Shown here: positions 1 to 8,476 of the stretch, one piece after another | Numbering within the stretch: the stretch's first letter is position 1 | Layout: every line of letters starts with the position of its first letter | Virus record (IMG/VR): IMGVR_UViG_3300023240_001054 | Span: 1 to 25,380 of that record | From: a virus | Taxonomy: Duplodnaviria > Caudoviricetes | Direction: 5' to 3' (one strand) | Length of the DNA stretch: 25,380 nucleotides | The notes under the pieces: generated by a model | Seen by the model: the letters and a program-made list of their open reading frames with translations, nothing else | What the model was told of the DNA's origin: nothing | Databases searched by the model: none | Position numbers and translations under genes: made by a program

Positions 1-2
1 CC

Positions 3-716
3 TCCAACATATGATTCTGCAGTAATAGATGAAGTTATTTCTAGCGGTAAAAGCCCACTTATTTTAGTTGCGTCTACAACAAAAAGCGTACCTGCATCAT
101 TCAAAACACCAAAGCCTGCAGGTGTTACATTTGTTTGAAATAATGTTCCGTCTGCACGTCTTGCTGTTGTTAAAACACTAACAACACTACCTGTAATATC
201 TCCATTATATATTGTGTTTGCTTGTACTTGGTTTTCAAGGTCAGAGAAATCACTTACTCCGATAATCATAGTATCTCCGTCAAGACCCATAGGAGAAAGG
301 TCTCCCATAAGAATACCTGTGTTTATATCTGGCGTTGAGCTGTTGATGTAGATGTTTGCGTATCCTTTCAAATCAAACCCTATATCAAGCAAGTCATCAC
401 TTACATCTCTAAGAACTACTGACCCTGTGAGGTTGGTGTTTTGTCTAAATAAATCTTCTGTTACATTTAACCAAGAACCTGCAAGGTATGAGTTTGCACT
501 AATATCGTTTGTTGTAACCGAAACACCCAAAGTTTGCCCTCTGTCTGTGACTGATTGAAGTGTGTCTGTTTCAGCTGCACCAACCTCGACATTAGCAAAG
601 GTTGTTGCGCTTGTTTTTTGTATTGCTTGAGTTGCTGTTGATGTACCTAAGTTCAGCAAAGAATCAAGCAGTGCTTGATCGTCTAGTGATATGGGTCTTG
701 TGCTAAAATGTGACAT
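3..716 (-). CDS. Second fibre protein, paralog of the 868-aa fibre (3'-truncated by the window edge; not in ORF track)
   Basis: ATG at 716-714, 3 nt after the stop of 720..5033; the frame is open to the edge. Hand translation MSHFSTRPISLDDQALLDSLLNLGTSTATQAIQKTSATTFANVEVGAAETDTLQSVTDRG...NTNLTGSVVLRDVSDDLLDIGFDLKGYANIYINSSTPDINTGILMGDLSPMGLDGDTMIIGVSDFSD aligns with the N-terminal part of 12519..15125. Confidence 0.85.
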   Translation of the reverse strand, partial: MSHFSTRPISLDDQALLDSLLNLGTSTATQAIQKTSATTFANVEVGAAETDTLQSVTDRGQTLGVSVTTNDISANSYLAGSWLNVTEDLFRQNTNLTGSVVLRDVSDDLLDIGFDLKGYANIYINSSTPDINTGILMGDLSPMGLDGDTMIIGVSDFSDLENQVQANTIYNGDITGSVVSVLTTARRADGTLFQTNVTPAGFGVLNDAGTLFVVDATKISGLLPLEITSSITAESYVG

Positions 717-719
717 ATA

Positions 720-3700
720 TTATTTTTCTAAAATTTCTGATAAAGGTAACTGTAGTGCAACATCATCTGTTATAATTTTCTTTTCCATGTACTCTTGAAA
801 CAGTTCTAATCTTTCTTGCAATGTATTTAATTTAAGCATCTGTTTTGTTATTTCTTTTGATCTAGCTTTATTAGAAACACCTAGATTAAGTAGTGTCTGG
901 TCTCTGTCTGTAATACCAAGCGAGTCATCCTGCACAGCGTCAGCCATAGAGTCAAGTAAAGTAGGATATTTTTTTACCAACTGAAGAATTTCAGACGCCG
1001 GCGCTTCTCCAGAGTTTAAAGCATCTAGTGTTTGCCTAGCAAAAGAATCACCGTCAAAATATTTTTGAGCTTGTTTACCTGAGTACTTTCCAAACAACAA
1101 TGCTTGCACATTTTTCTTAAAGTCTCCACCTACGTTGAATTGAGGTAGCTCATCTTTTGTTTGAGACTGCCCTTCTTTTATAGATTGAGCGCCTCCTACT
1201 GTTTTCTTTACTTGAGAACCTCCAAACGGTAATGCTATTTTATATAAAGGATCAGACAGTGCTTTTGTAGAAAGTAAACCAGAACCAAAACGAGAAGGAT
1301 CACCAGCTCCAAACAATTCTTTACTTGTTGGAAGTGTGACACCATTAATATCAGCTCCATACTTAGGGTAAGCAGAAGCTATCGATTGACCGAAAGGAAC
1401 GTTTGATAGTACTTCACCTGCAATCCTACCAAAAGCATTTCGTACCCCTTTGCCGTCAGGATTTTCTACCACCTCACCTACAGCGTCCCGCATTGCATTA
1501 ATAGGATCAAAGGCAACCCTGTTTCCTGTAACTTCTTCAGTAGCGCTATTCATTAAATAAATAGAAACAAACAAAGTAGCAAAAGCATTTAACTTTTTTA
1601 GCATTGTTTTATTATCTGTATTTAAGTCTTCCATCGCCCACCATAAGTTACCTACCTCAAGTTGAAAAGGGGCTACTACTTGAAACACTTGAGATTCTTG
1701 TATTAAAGGTTTTTCACCAATACCACGCCCCGCTACAAGCTTCCTAGCATTAGTATCAGCAAAACGTATAGCCTCCTTACTCATAGGTTCTAATCCTTGC
1801 TCTAAAGCTTTTTGATATTGACCGTTCCATATAAACCTTGTTCCGGTTTCATCAAGAACTGTTACCATCCACACAGCAAACTTTTTAGGCTTGTTTAAAA
1901 AGCTTTCATCAAAACTATCAAATGATTTAAAGTATCGTTCTTTTAAAAAGTTTGAAGCTGCTTGCTCAGGGCTTTTAATAAAAATTTCAGAAAGAGAAGG
2001 TCCGATAGCTTTTATAGAGTTAACCTTACCAGCGCTTGCTACACCTTGAGGTACGTTAAAAATTTGAGAAATAGATGAAGAAGCGTTCATTAATATAGTG
2101 TTAGCCTTTACTCTGTTGTTAAGCCAGTTCACTGAAGCCAGGGCCTGTCTTCCGACCAATTCATTTACAGCCCTGTCTAACCCTGGAGTTTTTCCAGCTA
2201 GTATGTTTGTCCAGTTTTCAAGACCCTCAATATAGTTATTTAAGTTTTTTGTTTTACGTGTACTTTGTGCCATAACCTCAGATAAACCTCTAAACTTACC
2301 AATGTGCGGATCTATATTAATAGCGTACCCTGCACTTTTAATGTACTCCAAATAACCTTCAAGCGCTCCCAGCTCGTTGGAGTTTCCAAGTCTTCGTTGT
2401 TTAAACGAAGCCCACTTAGTTAAAGGTTTTGTATCGGCTGTCTTACCTGCCAGAAGAGGATCAATCTTGATCGGCTTTTCAAAAATGTTTTGTAGTCGGG
2501 AAAAAGAGTTGTTGTTTGCCACTCCGTGTTTGTAGTAATTTTTAAGTTTTGGTAGCCACTTCTCTGGGTTATTAGGATAAATGTCTTTTAGCACAGTGTT
2601 AATTTCATCACTCAACCTATTGTAATTATTCCTAAAGAAAGAATCAAATTCAACAATTTGGCTAGCTCTTTCCTGCCCGAACCTTTCCACGAGAGTTTCT
2701 TTTGTTATTTTCTTTTCACCAAAATCACGAATAGCGTGATCTACTTTCCCTCCTGGTTTAAACTTCATTGTTCCAAACAAGTTTTTCCTTACACTTTCTA
2801 ACTCCATATTAAAAAAGTCAATCAAATCACCTTTAGACTGATCAAATGGCGCAAGAAATTCTTTATCAATAATAGAAAAATCTTTTCCAAAAACCTGTTC
2901 CGAGTTTCTGTAAATATCTCTTGCGTTCTCTTTAATTTTTCCTATGTCTTTATATTTACTTGCTCTTGCATCGATACCAGAACCTCTTATTGTTTCTCGA
3001 GCTATCATAACCTGATTAGGAAACTCGGTTGGTTCAGGTAGAATGTTGTTAAAATCATTAGCTTTTTCTACGGCGTCTCTTGCACTTAATATTTGGTCTT
3101 GTATACTGTCTGTATATGAAGAACTTTCTTGTGAATTTAATGCTGGGACTTTTGACCCTTCTATATTACCCCTACTTTCTGTCAACGGTACTGGGGACTG
3201 TGTTGCTGGTGCGACTGATGTGGTTGATTCAGAAAGAGTTTGGTCTGTACCGAGAGAAGAGCTTCCACTCATGGTTTGACCGTTTTTAGTTTGTATAGTT
3301 AGAGTTTCCCCTCCTTGACCAGCTTTAGCTTGTCCTTTTATTGCTTCTCGAACATCCATACCCATACTCTTAAGCTCACTTACTTTTTTATCAGGATAAA
3401 TATCTTTCAGGAAGTTCAAATAGCCAGCTTCTGCTTTACTAGCTGTTTGTCTTGCTACAATATACAAAGCCTTATCTACGTCGCTTTCAAATTTAAGTGT
3501 GTATGACTTGCTCCCGTAATTGTAACGAGGCTTTGCTCCAGAAAGAGACTTAGGTAATCTAGCTGGTGTATTACCTTTCTCAACGATAGCTCTCTCTCTT
3601 GCAGTGAGAGCTAGTGGTCGTCCTTCTGCGCTAAACTTAAGATGGCTTTTACCTGTAGGTTTTGGAGCTTGATCAATTAAATCATCTAAGAACTTCATAG

Positions 3701-5033
3701 TAAAAGGATCGTCAGAAACGTCAATCTCTTTTTTTAGATTACTAATAACCTCCTGTGTTATAACGTGGTCGCTAGATCTGTTTTTAACAAAATCAATCAT
3801 TGATTGATAGATACGTTTTTGATTTTTTCCAACAGGAACTTTACCTGCTGTTATATCTTCAGCAGCGCGTACATTAGCAGCAGATTTTAAATCATCAGGA
3901 AGAAAGTTAGGAAAGACACCTTTGTTTCTAGTTCTTACACCTTCTAGTGTTTCAGAAAGTTGACCACCTTTTACAGCTGTATCTAATTCAGTAAAAATAC
4001 CAGACACTGAGTCTTGTATAGATTGACTGACTGCTACAGAGTTTGATCCAAAGCCAACAGGCTCAATAGGTCGAACAGATAGTCCAAACGCAGGTCCTTG
4101 TCCAGGAACTGGACGGTATCCCGGCAATGCTCCAGCTGAAGCAGGTCGAGTTCCACTGTTAGCTACGCCAGCTAACTTAGCTGCTTCTTTTTCACTTACC
4201 CCAAACATCTTTCCTAAGAAACTTGGTTTAGCAGAAACAAGATCGAACCCTTTAAGGAACTCGACCTTTTGTTTTGTGTTCATTGCCCCCATCTTTTCAC
4301 TAATAATGTTTGTGACTTTTGGTGACAGACCTAATTGTTGTGCTGACTGTCGTCCAGAGAAATAATCAAACAAGGTCTTCCTAGATACGTTCTGGATCTC
4401 TCTTTCAACTAAACGTGTTGGTGTAAACTTCCGTAACCCTGCGCCCGTGACTGCCTTAACAGGGCTAGCGATCATAACAGCGTCAAGAATCCCACTTATT
4501 AAAGTGCTTGAATAAGCTTTTTTCTCTGAAACTCCAGAGGCCAAAGCGTCGTCGTACATCTCTTGAAAACTACTTGCATTAAGTAAGGAGTCGCCAGTTA
4601 AAGGGCCTTTTGTTTTTAGTTTAGGTAACGGTTTTCCACCAGCTAGTTGCTTGCTTGAAGATAAGAAGTTCCACCCAGCGTTTACAACAGGGGCTATGAA
4701 CTGTGCAGGTAATTCAGCAACGGTTCCAAAAGTTATGTCTTTCATTTGTGAGGCAGGTTTGCTGGTCGGTAACGGGGTTGGTTTAGGTATGCCAAACGAT
4801 GTAGCTTTTTTAGAAAGATTATCTACTATACCTGGAGATGTTTGAGTGTTTTTATAAAGACTACTAAGGTAATCAGGTGTCTTCATTGGAGTTCTTTTAG
4901 GTCCAATAAAAGGAGTTTCCTTAGGTGAAGGAGAAGTAATACTAGATTGCACGGGGCCTATAAAAGGCACCTTGTTTTGGCTGGTTTGATCTAGTCCTGT
5001 TATTCGCCTTAAGTCATCTAAGAATTTTACCAT
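720..5033 (-). CDS. Large internal virion / DNA ejection protein (large polyvalent protein-like, T7 gp16 position)
   Basis: 1437 aa; last and largest of three genes after the tail genes; low-complexity P/S/T/K N-terminus; helical C-terminal half with hydrophobic segments (AFATLFVSIYLM, LSNVPFGQSIA, IALPFGGSQ). Assignment from synteny and composition. Confidence 0.65.
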   Translation of the reverse strand: MVKFLDDLRRITGLDQTSQNKVPFIGPVQSSITSPSPKETPFIGPKRTPMKTPDYLSSLYKNTQTSPGIVDNLSKKATSFGIPKPTPLPTSKPASQMKDITFGTVAELPAQFIAPVVNAGWNFLSSSKQLAGGKPLPKLKTKGPLTGDSLLNASSFQEMYDDALASGVSEKKAYSSTLISGILDAVMIASPVKAVTGAGLRKFTPTRLVEREIQNVSRKTLFDYFSGRQSAQQLGLSPKVTNIISEKMGAMNTKQKVEFLKGFDLVSAKPSFLGKMFGVSEKEAAKLAGVANSGTRPASAGALPGYRPVPGQGPAFGLSVRPIEPVGFGSNSVAVSQSIQDSVSGIFTELDTAVKGGQLSETLEGVRTRNKGVFPNFLPDDLKSAANVRAAEDITAGKVPVGKNQKRIYQSMIDFVKNRSSDHVITQEVISNLKKEIDVSDDPFTMKFLDDLIDQAPKPTGKSHLKFSAEGRPLALTARERAIVEKGNTPARLPKSLSGAKPRYNYGSKSYTLKFESDVDKALYIVARQTASKAEAGYLNFLKDIYPDKKVSELKSMGMDVREAIKGQAKAGQGGETLTIQTKNGQTMSGSSSLGTDQTLSESTTSVAPATQSPVPLTESRGNIEGSKVPALNSQESSSYTDSIQDQILSARDAVEKANDFNNILPEPTEFPNQVMIARETIRGSGIDARASKYKDIGKIKENARDIYRNSEQVFGKDFSIIDKEFLAPFDQSKGDLIDFFNMELESVRKNLFGTMKFKPGGKVDHAIRDFGEKKITKETLVERFGQERASQIVEFDSFFRNNYNRLSDEINTVLKDIYPNNPEKWLPKLKNYYKHGVANNNSFSRLQNIFEKPIKIDPLLAGKTADTKPLTKWASFKQRRLGNSNELGALEGYLEYIKSAGYAINIDPHIGKFRGLSEVMAQSTRKTKNLNNYIEGLENWTNILAGKTPGLDRAVNELVGRQALASVNWLNNRVKANTILMNASSSISQIFNVPQGVASAGKVNSIKAIGPSLSEIFIKSPEQAASNFLKERYFKSFDSFDESFLNKPKKFAVWMVTVLDETGTRFIWNGQYQKALEQGLEPMSKEAIRFADTNARKLVAGRGIGEKPLIQESQVFQVVAPFQLEVGNLWWAMEDLNTDNKTMLKKLNAFATLFVSIYLMNSATEEVTGNRVAFDPINAMRDAVGEVVENPDGKGVRNAFGRIAGEVLSNVPFGQSIASAYPKYGADINGVTLPTSKELFGAGDPSRFGSGLLSTKALSDPLYKIALPFGGSQVKKTVGGAQSIKEGQSQTKDELPQFNVGGDFKKNVQALLFGKYSGKQAQKYFDGDSFARQTLDALNSGEAPASEILQLVKKYPTLLDSMADAVQDDSLGITDRDQTLLNLGVSNKARSKEITKQMLKLNTLQERLELFQEYMEKKIITDDVALQLPLSEILEK
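3080..3107 (+). promoter_or_regulatory. Putative antisense sigma70 promoter TTGCAC-N16-TATACT
   Basis: TTGCAC at 3080-3085, TATACT at 3102-3107, ATG 8 nt later at 3116. Confidence 0.5.
3116..3289 (+). CDS. Putative 57-aa membrane microprotein nested antisense in the ejection gene
   Basis: MKNFLVNLMLGLLTLLYYPYFLSTVLGTVLLVRLMWLIQKEFGLYREKSFHSWFDRF: MK start, ~35-aa hydrophobic stretch, charged tail. It is preceded by a promoter-like element and overlaps an S/T/P linker of the host protein. Confidence 0.45.
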   Translation: MKNFLVNLMLGLLTLLYYPYFLSTVLGTVLLVRLMWLIQKEFGLYREKSFHSWFDRF

Positions 5034-5045
5034 GTAGTGTGATTA

Positions 5046-6008
5046 TTAATTAACTAATTCTTCGGCTGCTACTGCTTCTTCTATCTTTTGTAAAAGTAAC
5101 ATCGAAGCGCTAGTTGAAGAGTCTTTGATTCCAGCTTGGTCATAGCTCTGAGGGTTTAAGAACCTTTTAAAGTTAGATATGTAACTGCTGTCTGATCCTC
5201 CGTTTGACTGCCAACTGTCTCTTGTCTGCATCCAAACAGCTGGATCAATATAATTATCTTCTCCTTTTATTTCAGTAAAGATTTTAGCCGTCTCAGATAC
5301 ATTTGTTGTTTTGTCGAAGTCTATTTCATTAGCTTTTTCAGAAGCTTTCTGAGCATCTTGAGCAGCTTTAATTCCAAACTGTCGCTTATCTTCTTCAAAC
5401 TTTCTTTCATCGAAGGCCCTGTCTTGTTCGTCTTGATATGCTTTTTGAGCGCTATCAATGGTGTCTGTAGCTGCGTTGTATTTATTTAAGTTATTTCGTT
5501 GTTGATTTTCTATACTTCGGAGTCCAGAGTTTTGAATACTTCCATCATTTCCAAGTAGTGATAGTCGAGCAGCGTTTGAAATATTTGCATTCTCTAGGTC
5601 TTGTGAATAAATGTCAGCATTTGTTTGATCAATCTGTTCTCCTCCGGCCCGTAATGCAACATCGTTTCCAATAAACTCATCACTTGCTGATTGTTGTGAC
5701 CTTTGTAAAATTTGTTTTAAAATTGCAGACATTGATTCTCCACCTCCAGTATTCTCTGGCAAACTTGCAGGTCCTTGAGGTTGATTAGATGACTGTGTTA
5801 GTGAGTCATAACTAGGCCCTGAAGGTAACGCCGGCCCTATTGGAGACTTAATAACATCATTAGGTTGTATCAGGTCTGGATTAGACTTGTATCGTGGGTT
5901 TGCAACCAAAAGATCAGAAAGACTTCTTCCTGATGACTTGGCGATTCGAGAAAGACTATCTCCTTTCTGTACTATTATATTCCCTGTTTTTTTATCTATT
6001 CTTGACAT
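5046..6008 (-). CDS. LysM-domain putative ejection/internal virion protein
   Basis: N-terminal LysM pattern IIVQKGDSLSRIAKSSGRSLSDLLVANPRYKSNPDLIQPNDVI, then a Q/N-rich coiled coil (AFDERKFEEDKRQFG). No catalytic domain recognised. Confidence 0.75.
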   Translation of the reverse strand: MSRIDKKTGNIIVQKGDSLSRIAKSSGRSLSDLLVANPRYKSNPDLIQPNDVIKSPIGPALPSGPSYDSLTQSSNQPQGPASLPENTGGGESMSAILKQILQRSQQSASDEFIGNDVALRAGGEQIDQTNADIYSQDLENANISNAARLSLLGNDGSIQNSGLRSIENQQRNNLNKYNAATDTIDSAQKAYQDEQDRAFDERKFEEDKRQFGIKAAQDAQKASEKANEIDFDKTTNVSETAKIFTEIKGEDNYIDPAVWMQTRDSWQSNGGSDSSYISNFKRFLNPQSYDQAGIKDSSTSASMLLLQKIEEAVAAEELVN

Positions 6009-6012
6009 ATTA

Positions 6013-6972
6013 TTAATTATATAAATCTGAGTATGAAATTCCTTTAGCTTTACGCTTTGACGCTTCTTGAACGTTTTGGTTTCGCAATGCTAATCCAGCA
6101 GCTTCTTGAGCTTGTGGAATACTCCCTAGCTGATAAGTTCCCGGTGTGTAATTTGTATCCGCCTGACCTGACTGTGCAAATCCTCCCTTGCCTGCCAGTG
6201 AAGCTGAATAGTTATTTAGAGAAGGTAGATTAAATCCTGCTGCTCCGTCTGTACCTAAGTTCTTTTCAAGGTTGCGAGAATAATCACCAAGACTATTTCC
6301 AGCAGCTGAAGACAACGAAGAAAGGTTTCTGTTCTGTTCAGCAAGTGCGTCCTGTTCTTGAGCGCCTCTTACACCGCTGAACGTTGTACCTGATCCTGCG
6401 TTTCGTTCTCTAGAGTTTTCTAAGTTACGCCCGAAGCTTGCTTCAGTGCTTGCAATACGTGAGTTATAATCATCGATAGTTAGGTTAGCATTTCTTAAAG
6501 TGTCTTCTTTTAATGCATCTATTTGTTGAGCGTACTCAGGAGCAACTGTTTCTTTTGCTTTATCAAGTATTTGAGCAATAACATCAGCTGTAAGATCCAT
6601 GTCTGGTTTAACAGCTAGGCCCTGATTTTGCAGTTGGTTTAAGTAAGGAACAATAGCATTGTTCATAAAGTTAGCATCCTCTTCATTTTGTGTTTGATAA
6701 GACTGACCATTAACAACTACTGTATTTCTACTAGGTTCTGGTGTGCGGTTTCGAGAAGGCTTGCGATCAGAATTAGAACCTCCTGAAAGCTTTCCTCGAG
6801 TTATTGGTCCCACAATACCATCAGCCGCAATGTTTTGCCTTGACTGATATGCTCTTACAGCAGCTTGAGTTTTTGGACCGAAGATTCCATCAACTTTTAC
6901 TCCAATTTTTCTTTGAAGTTCTTCTACTTGTTTTCCTCGAGAGCCTACTTTTAATTGTTGTGTTATCGCCAT
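6013..6972 (-). CDS. Peptidoglycan-binding (PG_binding_1-like) putative ejection/internal virion protein
   Basis: LKVGSRGKQVEELQRKIGVKVDGIFGPKTQAAVRAYQSRQNIAADGIVGPITRGKL is a typical three-helix PG-binding domain; the remainder is A/S/N/Q/G-rich and helical. Confidence 0.78.
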   Translation of the reverse strand: MAITQQLKVGSRGKQVEELQRKIGVKVDGIFGPKTQAAVRAYQSRQNIAADGIVGPITRGKLSGGSNSDRKPSRNRTPEPSRNTVVVNGQSYQTQNEEDANFMNNAIVPYLNQLQNQGLAVKPDMDLTADVIAQILDKAKETVAPEYAQQIDALKEDTLRNANLTIDDYNSRIASTEASFGRNLENSRERNAGSGTTFSGVRGAQEQDALAEQNRNLSSLSSAAGNSLGDYSRNLEKNLGTDGAAGFNLPSLNNYSASLAGKGGFAQSGQADTNYTPGTYQLGSIPQAQEAAGLALRNQNVQEASKRKAKGISYSDLYN

Positions 6973-6981
6973 ATTACTTAT

Positions 6982-6990
6982 ATTATACCA
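6982..6990 (-). promoter_or_regulatory. Extended -10 promoter TGGTATAAT, 9 nt before the ATG of the first ejection gene
   Basis: Plus strand attatacca at 6982-6990, in the short intergenic gap. Confidence 0.6.
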
Positions 6991-6997
6991 TTATTTA

Positions 6998-8476
6998 CTA
7001 ATAAACTGAATTGTTCGGCTTGTTCATATTTAAAAACCTTTCGTTCGCCATAAATTCATCTTCTGTCTTATTCTCAAACCTTTTTTCTTCATGCCCTTTT
7101 CTTTTCCCCCAGATTTGATATGTACCATCATCACACTGAATGAACTTATACGGGGCAACTGTCACCTGAAGAAATAAAGTATCTACACTGTCTTTATTTT
7201 CACAGAAGTCCATAAACCAAACTTCCGGAGATTCTATACAATACAGTGCATTATGTCCCTCAGATGTTGGAACGATTGCTGATTTTATAGCTCCTATTGA
7301 AGCATATGTACCAGTTGAATCCTTAAAACTAAGATTGCTACCTGTTGAATATATATATACGTTATTATTCCCTGAATTAAAATAATGATATCCACCAGCT
7401 CTTATTGTTCCAGATCCAGCTGAGAGAGTTGAAGCAACTATATCTCCACAGTCAATATCCCTAGACCCGAGATCTAAATGATCATGAACTTCAATAGTTG
7501 AACCTGATTCAGCATAGATATCATTTGTCTCAAAATATGTTGTAGCTGTAAGAATATTAAAATCCCCAAAAACAGACTCTACTGTACCAAGCCCTGAGAT
7601 ACTGTAAGAACTGAAAGATTTATTGGTGTCGATAGAGATGTCAGACCAATCTCCTGAAAATTCTTCTGGCCACGATGACTCAACATCACCATTAAGTGAT
7701 ATTGAATTTACATATAGTCTTTCCCACCTGTCGCTATTGGTTCCTAGATCTGGTTCAGAGGAACCGTCTGCATAAAAATAACTTGTATTAAAGTGGTACA
7801 CCAAAGAAGATGAAGCAACAGTTAACACAACGTCGTTTGTCCCAAAACCGTTTAATGAACCTGACGATGCTCCAGAAACTGTATTGAAAAATATACCAGT
7901 ATCTGACAAAGCAAGTCTGATGACCCCACTATCGTAAACATAGAGCGCATTTGCTGCTGCGTTTAATTCTACCCGTGTAGAGCTAGAAGATGTTCTAATT
8001 GTTCCGTTGATTGTAGCACTTGTTGCAACTAAAGATCCGGTAAGGCTTACACTGAAAGGAGCTGAACCAAACGAAGTTGCACCTAAATGAATCCCTGACG
8101 TAGTATCAAGTTGGATTCTTGAAGAACCTGAACCTGCATAAAGCGCGTCAGCCGCAATAGTAAACCCTCCAATGGTTCCAGTTGTGGCACTAATGTTTCC
8201 TGAAACAATAAGTTCTGTACCTGTCCAGTTAAGATAATTAGAAGTATCCCCAATATAAAATTTAGGAACACCTTCGTCAACACCAAGTATGTATCCAGAA
8301 ACACTGTTAGAGAAATCTTGCTTTCCACTGATTAATGCTCCAACGTATTGATTCTTCTGATCAACAGAAGCTCCAGACCCTACGGCGCTTGGAGGAATAG
8401 GATTAGACGTACTGTAAGCCTCTTCAGGACTTATCTTGTACAGGTCTCTATTTAATACGTTGAATATGTTATCCAT
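6998..8476 (-). CDS. Tail tip / needle / fibre protein with conserved C-terminal domain
   Basis: Follows the nozzle (TAATG overlap at 8476); G/S/T-rich beta repeats (ISATTGTIGGFTI, APFSVSLTGSLVATSATING, DLGTNSDRWERLYV); C-terminal KSAIVPTSEGHNALYCIESPEVWFMDF. Confidence 0.65.
   Translation of the reverse strand: MDNIFNVLNRDLYKISPEEAYSTSNPIPPSAVGSGASVDQKNQYVGALISGKQDFSNSVSGYILGVDEGVPKFYIGDTSNYLNWTGTELIVSGNISATTGTIGGFTIAADALYAGSGSSRIQLDTTSGIHLGATSFGSAPFSVSLTGSLVATSATINGTIRTSSSSTRVELNAAANALYVYDSGVIRLALSDTGIFFNTVSGASSGSLNGFGTNDVVLTVASSSLVYHFNTSYFYADGSSEPDLGTNSDRWERLYVNSISLNGDVESSWPEEFSGDWSDISIDTNKSFSSYSISGLGTVESVFGDFNILTATTYFETNDIYAESGSTIEVHDHLDLGSRDIDCGDIVASTLSAGSGTIRAGGYHYFNSGNNNVYIYSTGSNLSFKDSTGTYASIGAIKSAIVPTSEGHNALYCIESPEVWFMDFCENKDSVDTLFLQVTVAPYKFIQCDDGTYQIWGKRKGHEEKRFENKTEDEFMANERFLNMNKPNNSVY

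Noticed and set aside
663-679. Perfect 8-bp inverted repeat ATCAAGCA-G-TGCTTGAT resembling a 17-bp operator
   Set aside because: Single copy inside coding sequence; about one such palindrome is plausible by chance in 25 kb.
768-792. Plus-strand TGTTATAAT followed by an ATG at 787
   Set aside because: The ORF stops after three codons (ATG TAC TCT TGA) and there is no -35; could be chance.
3043-3506. Other antisense ORFs 3043..3279 and 3315..3506
   Set aside because: No convincing promoter-start arrangement; their composition is that of shadow frames. The 3080 TTG start of the nested ORF is also rejected because it coincides with the -35 box.
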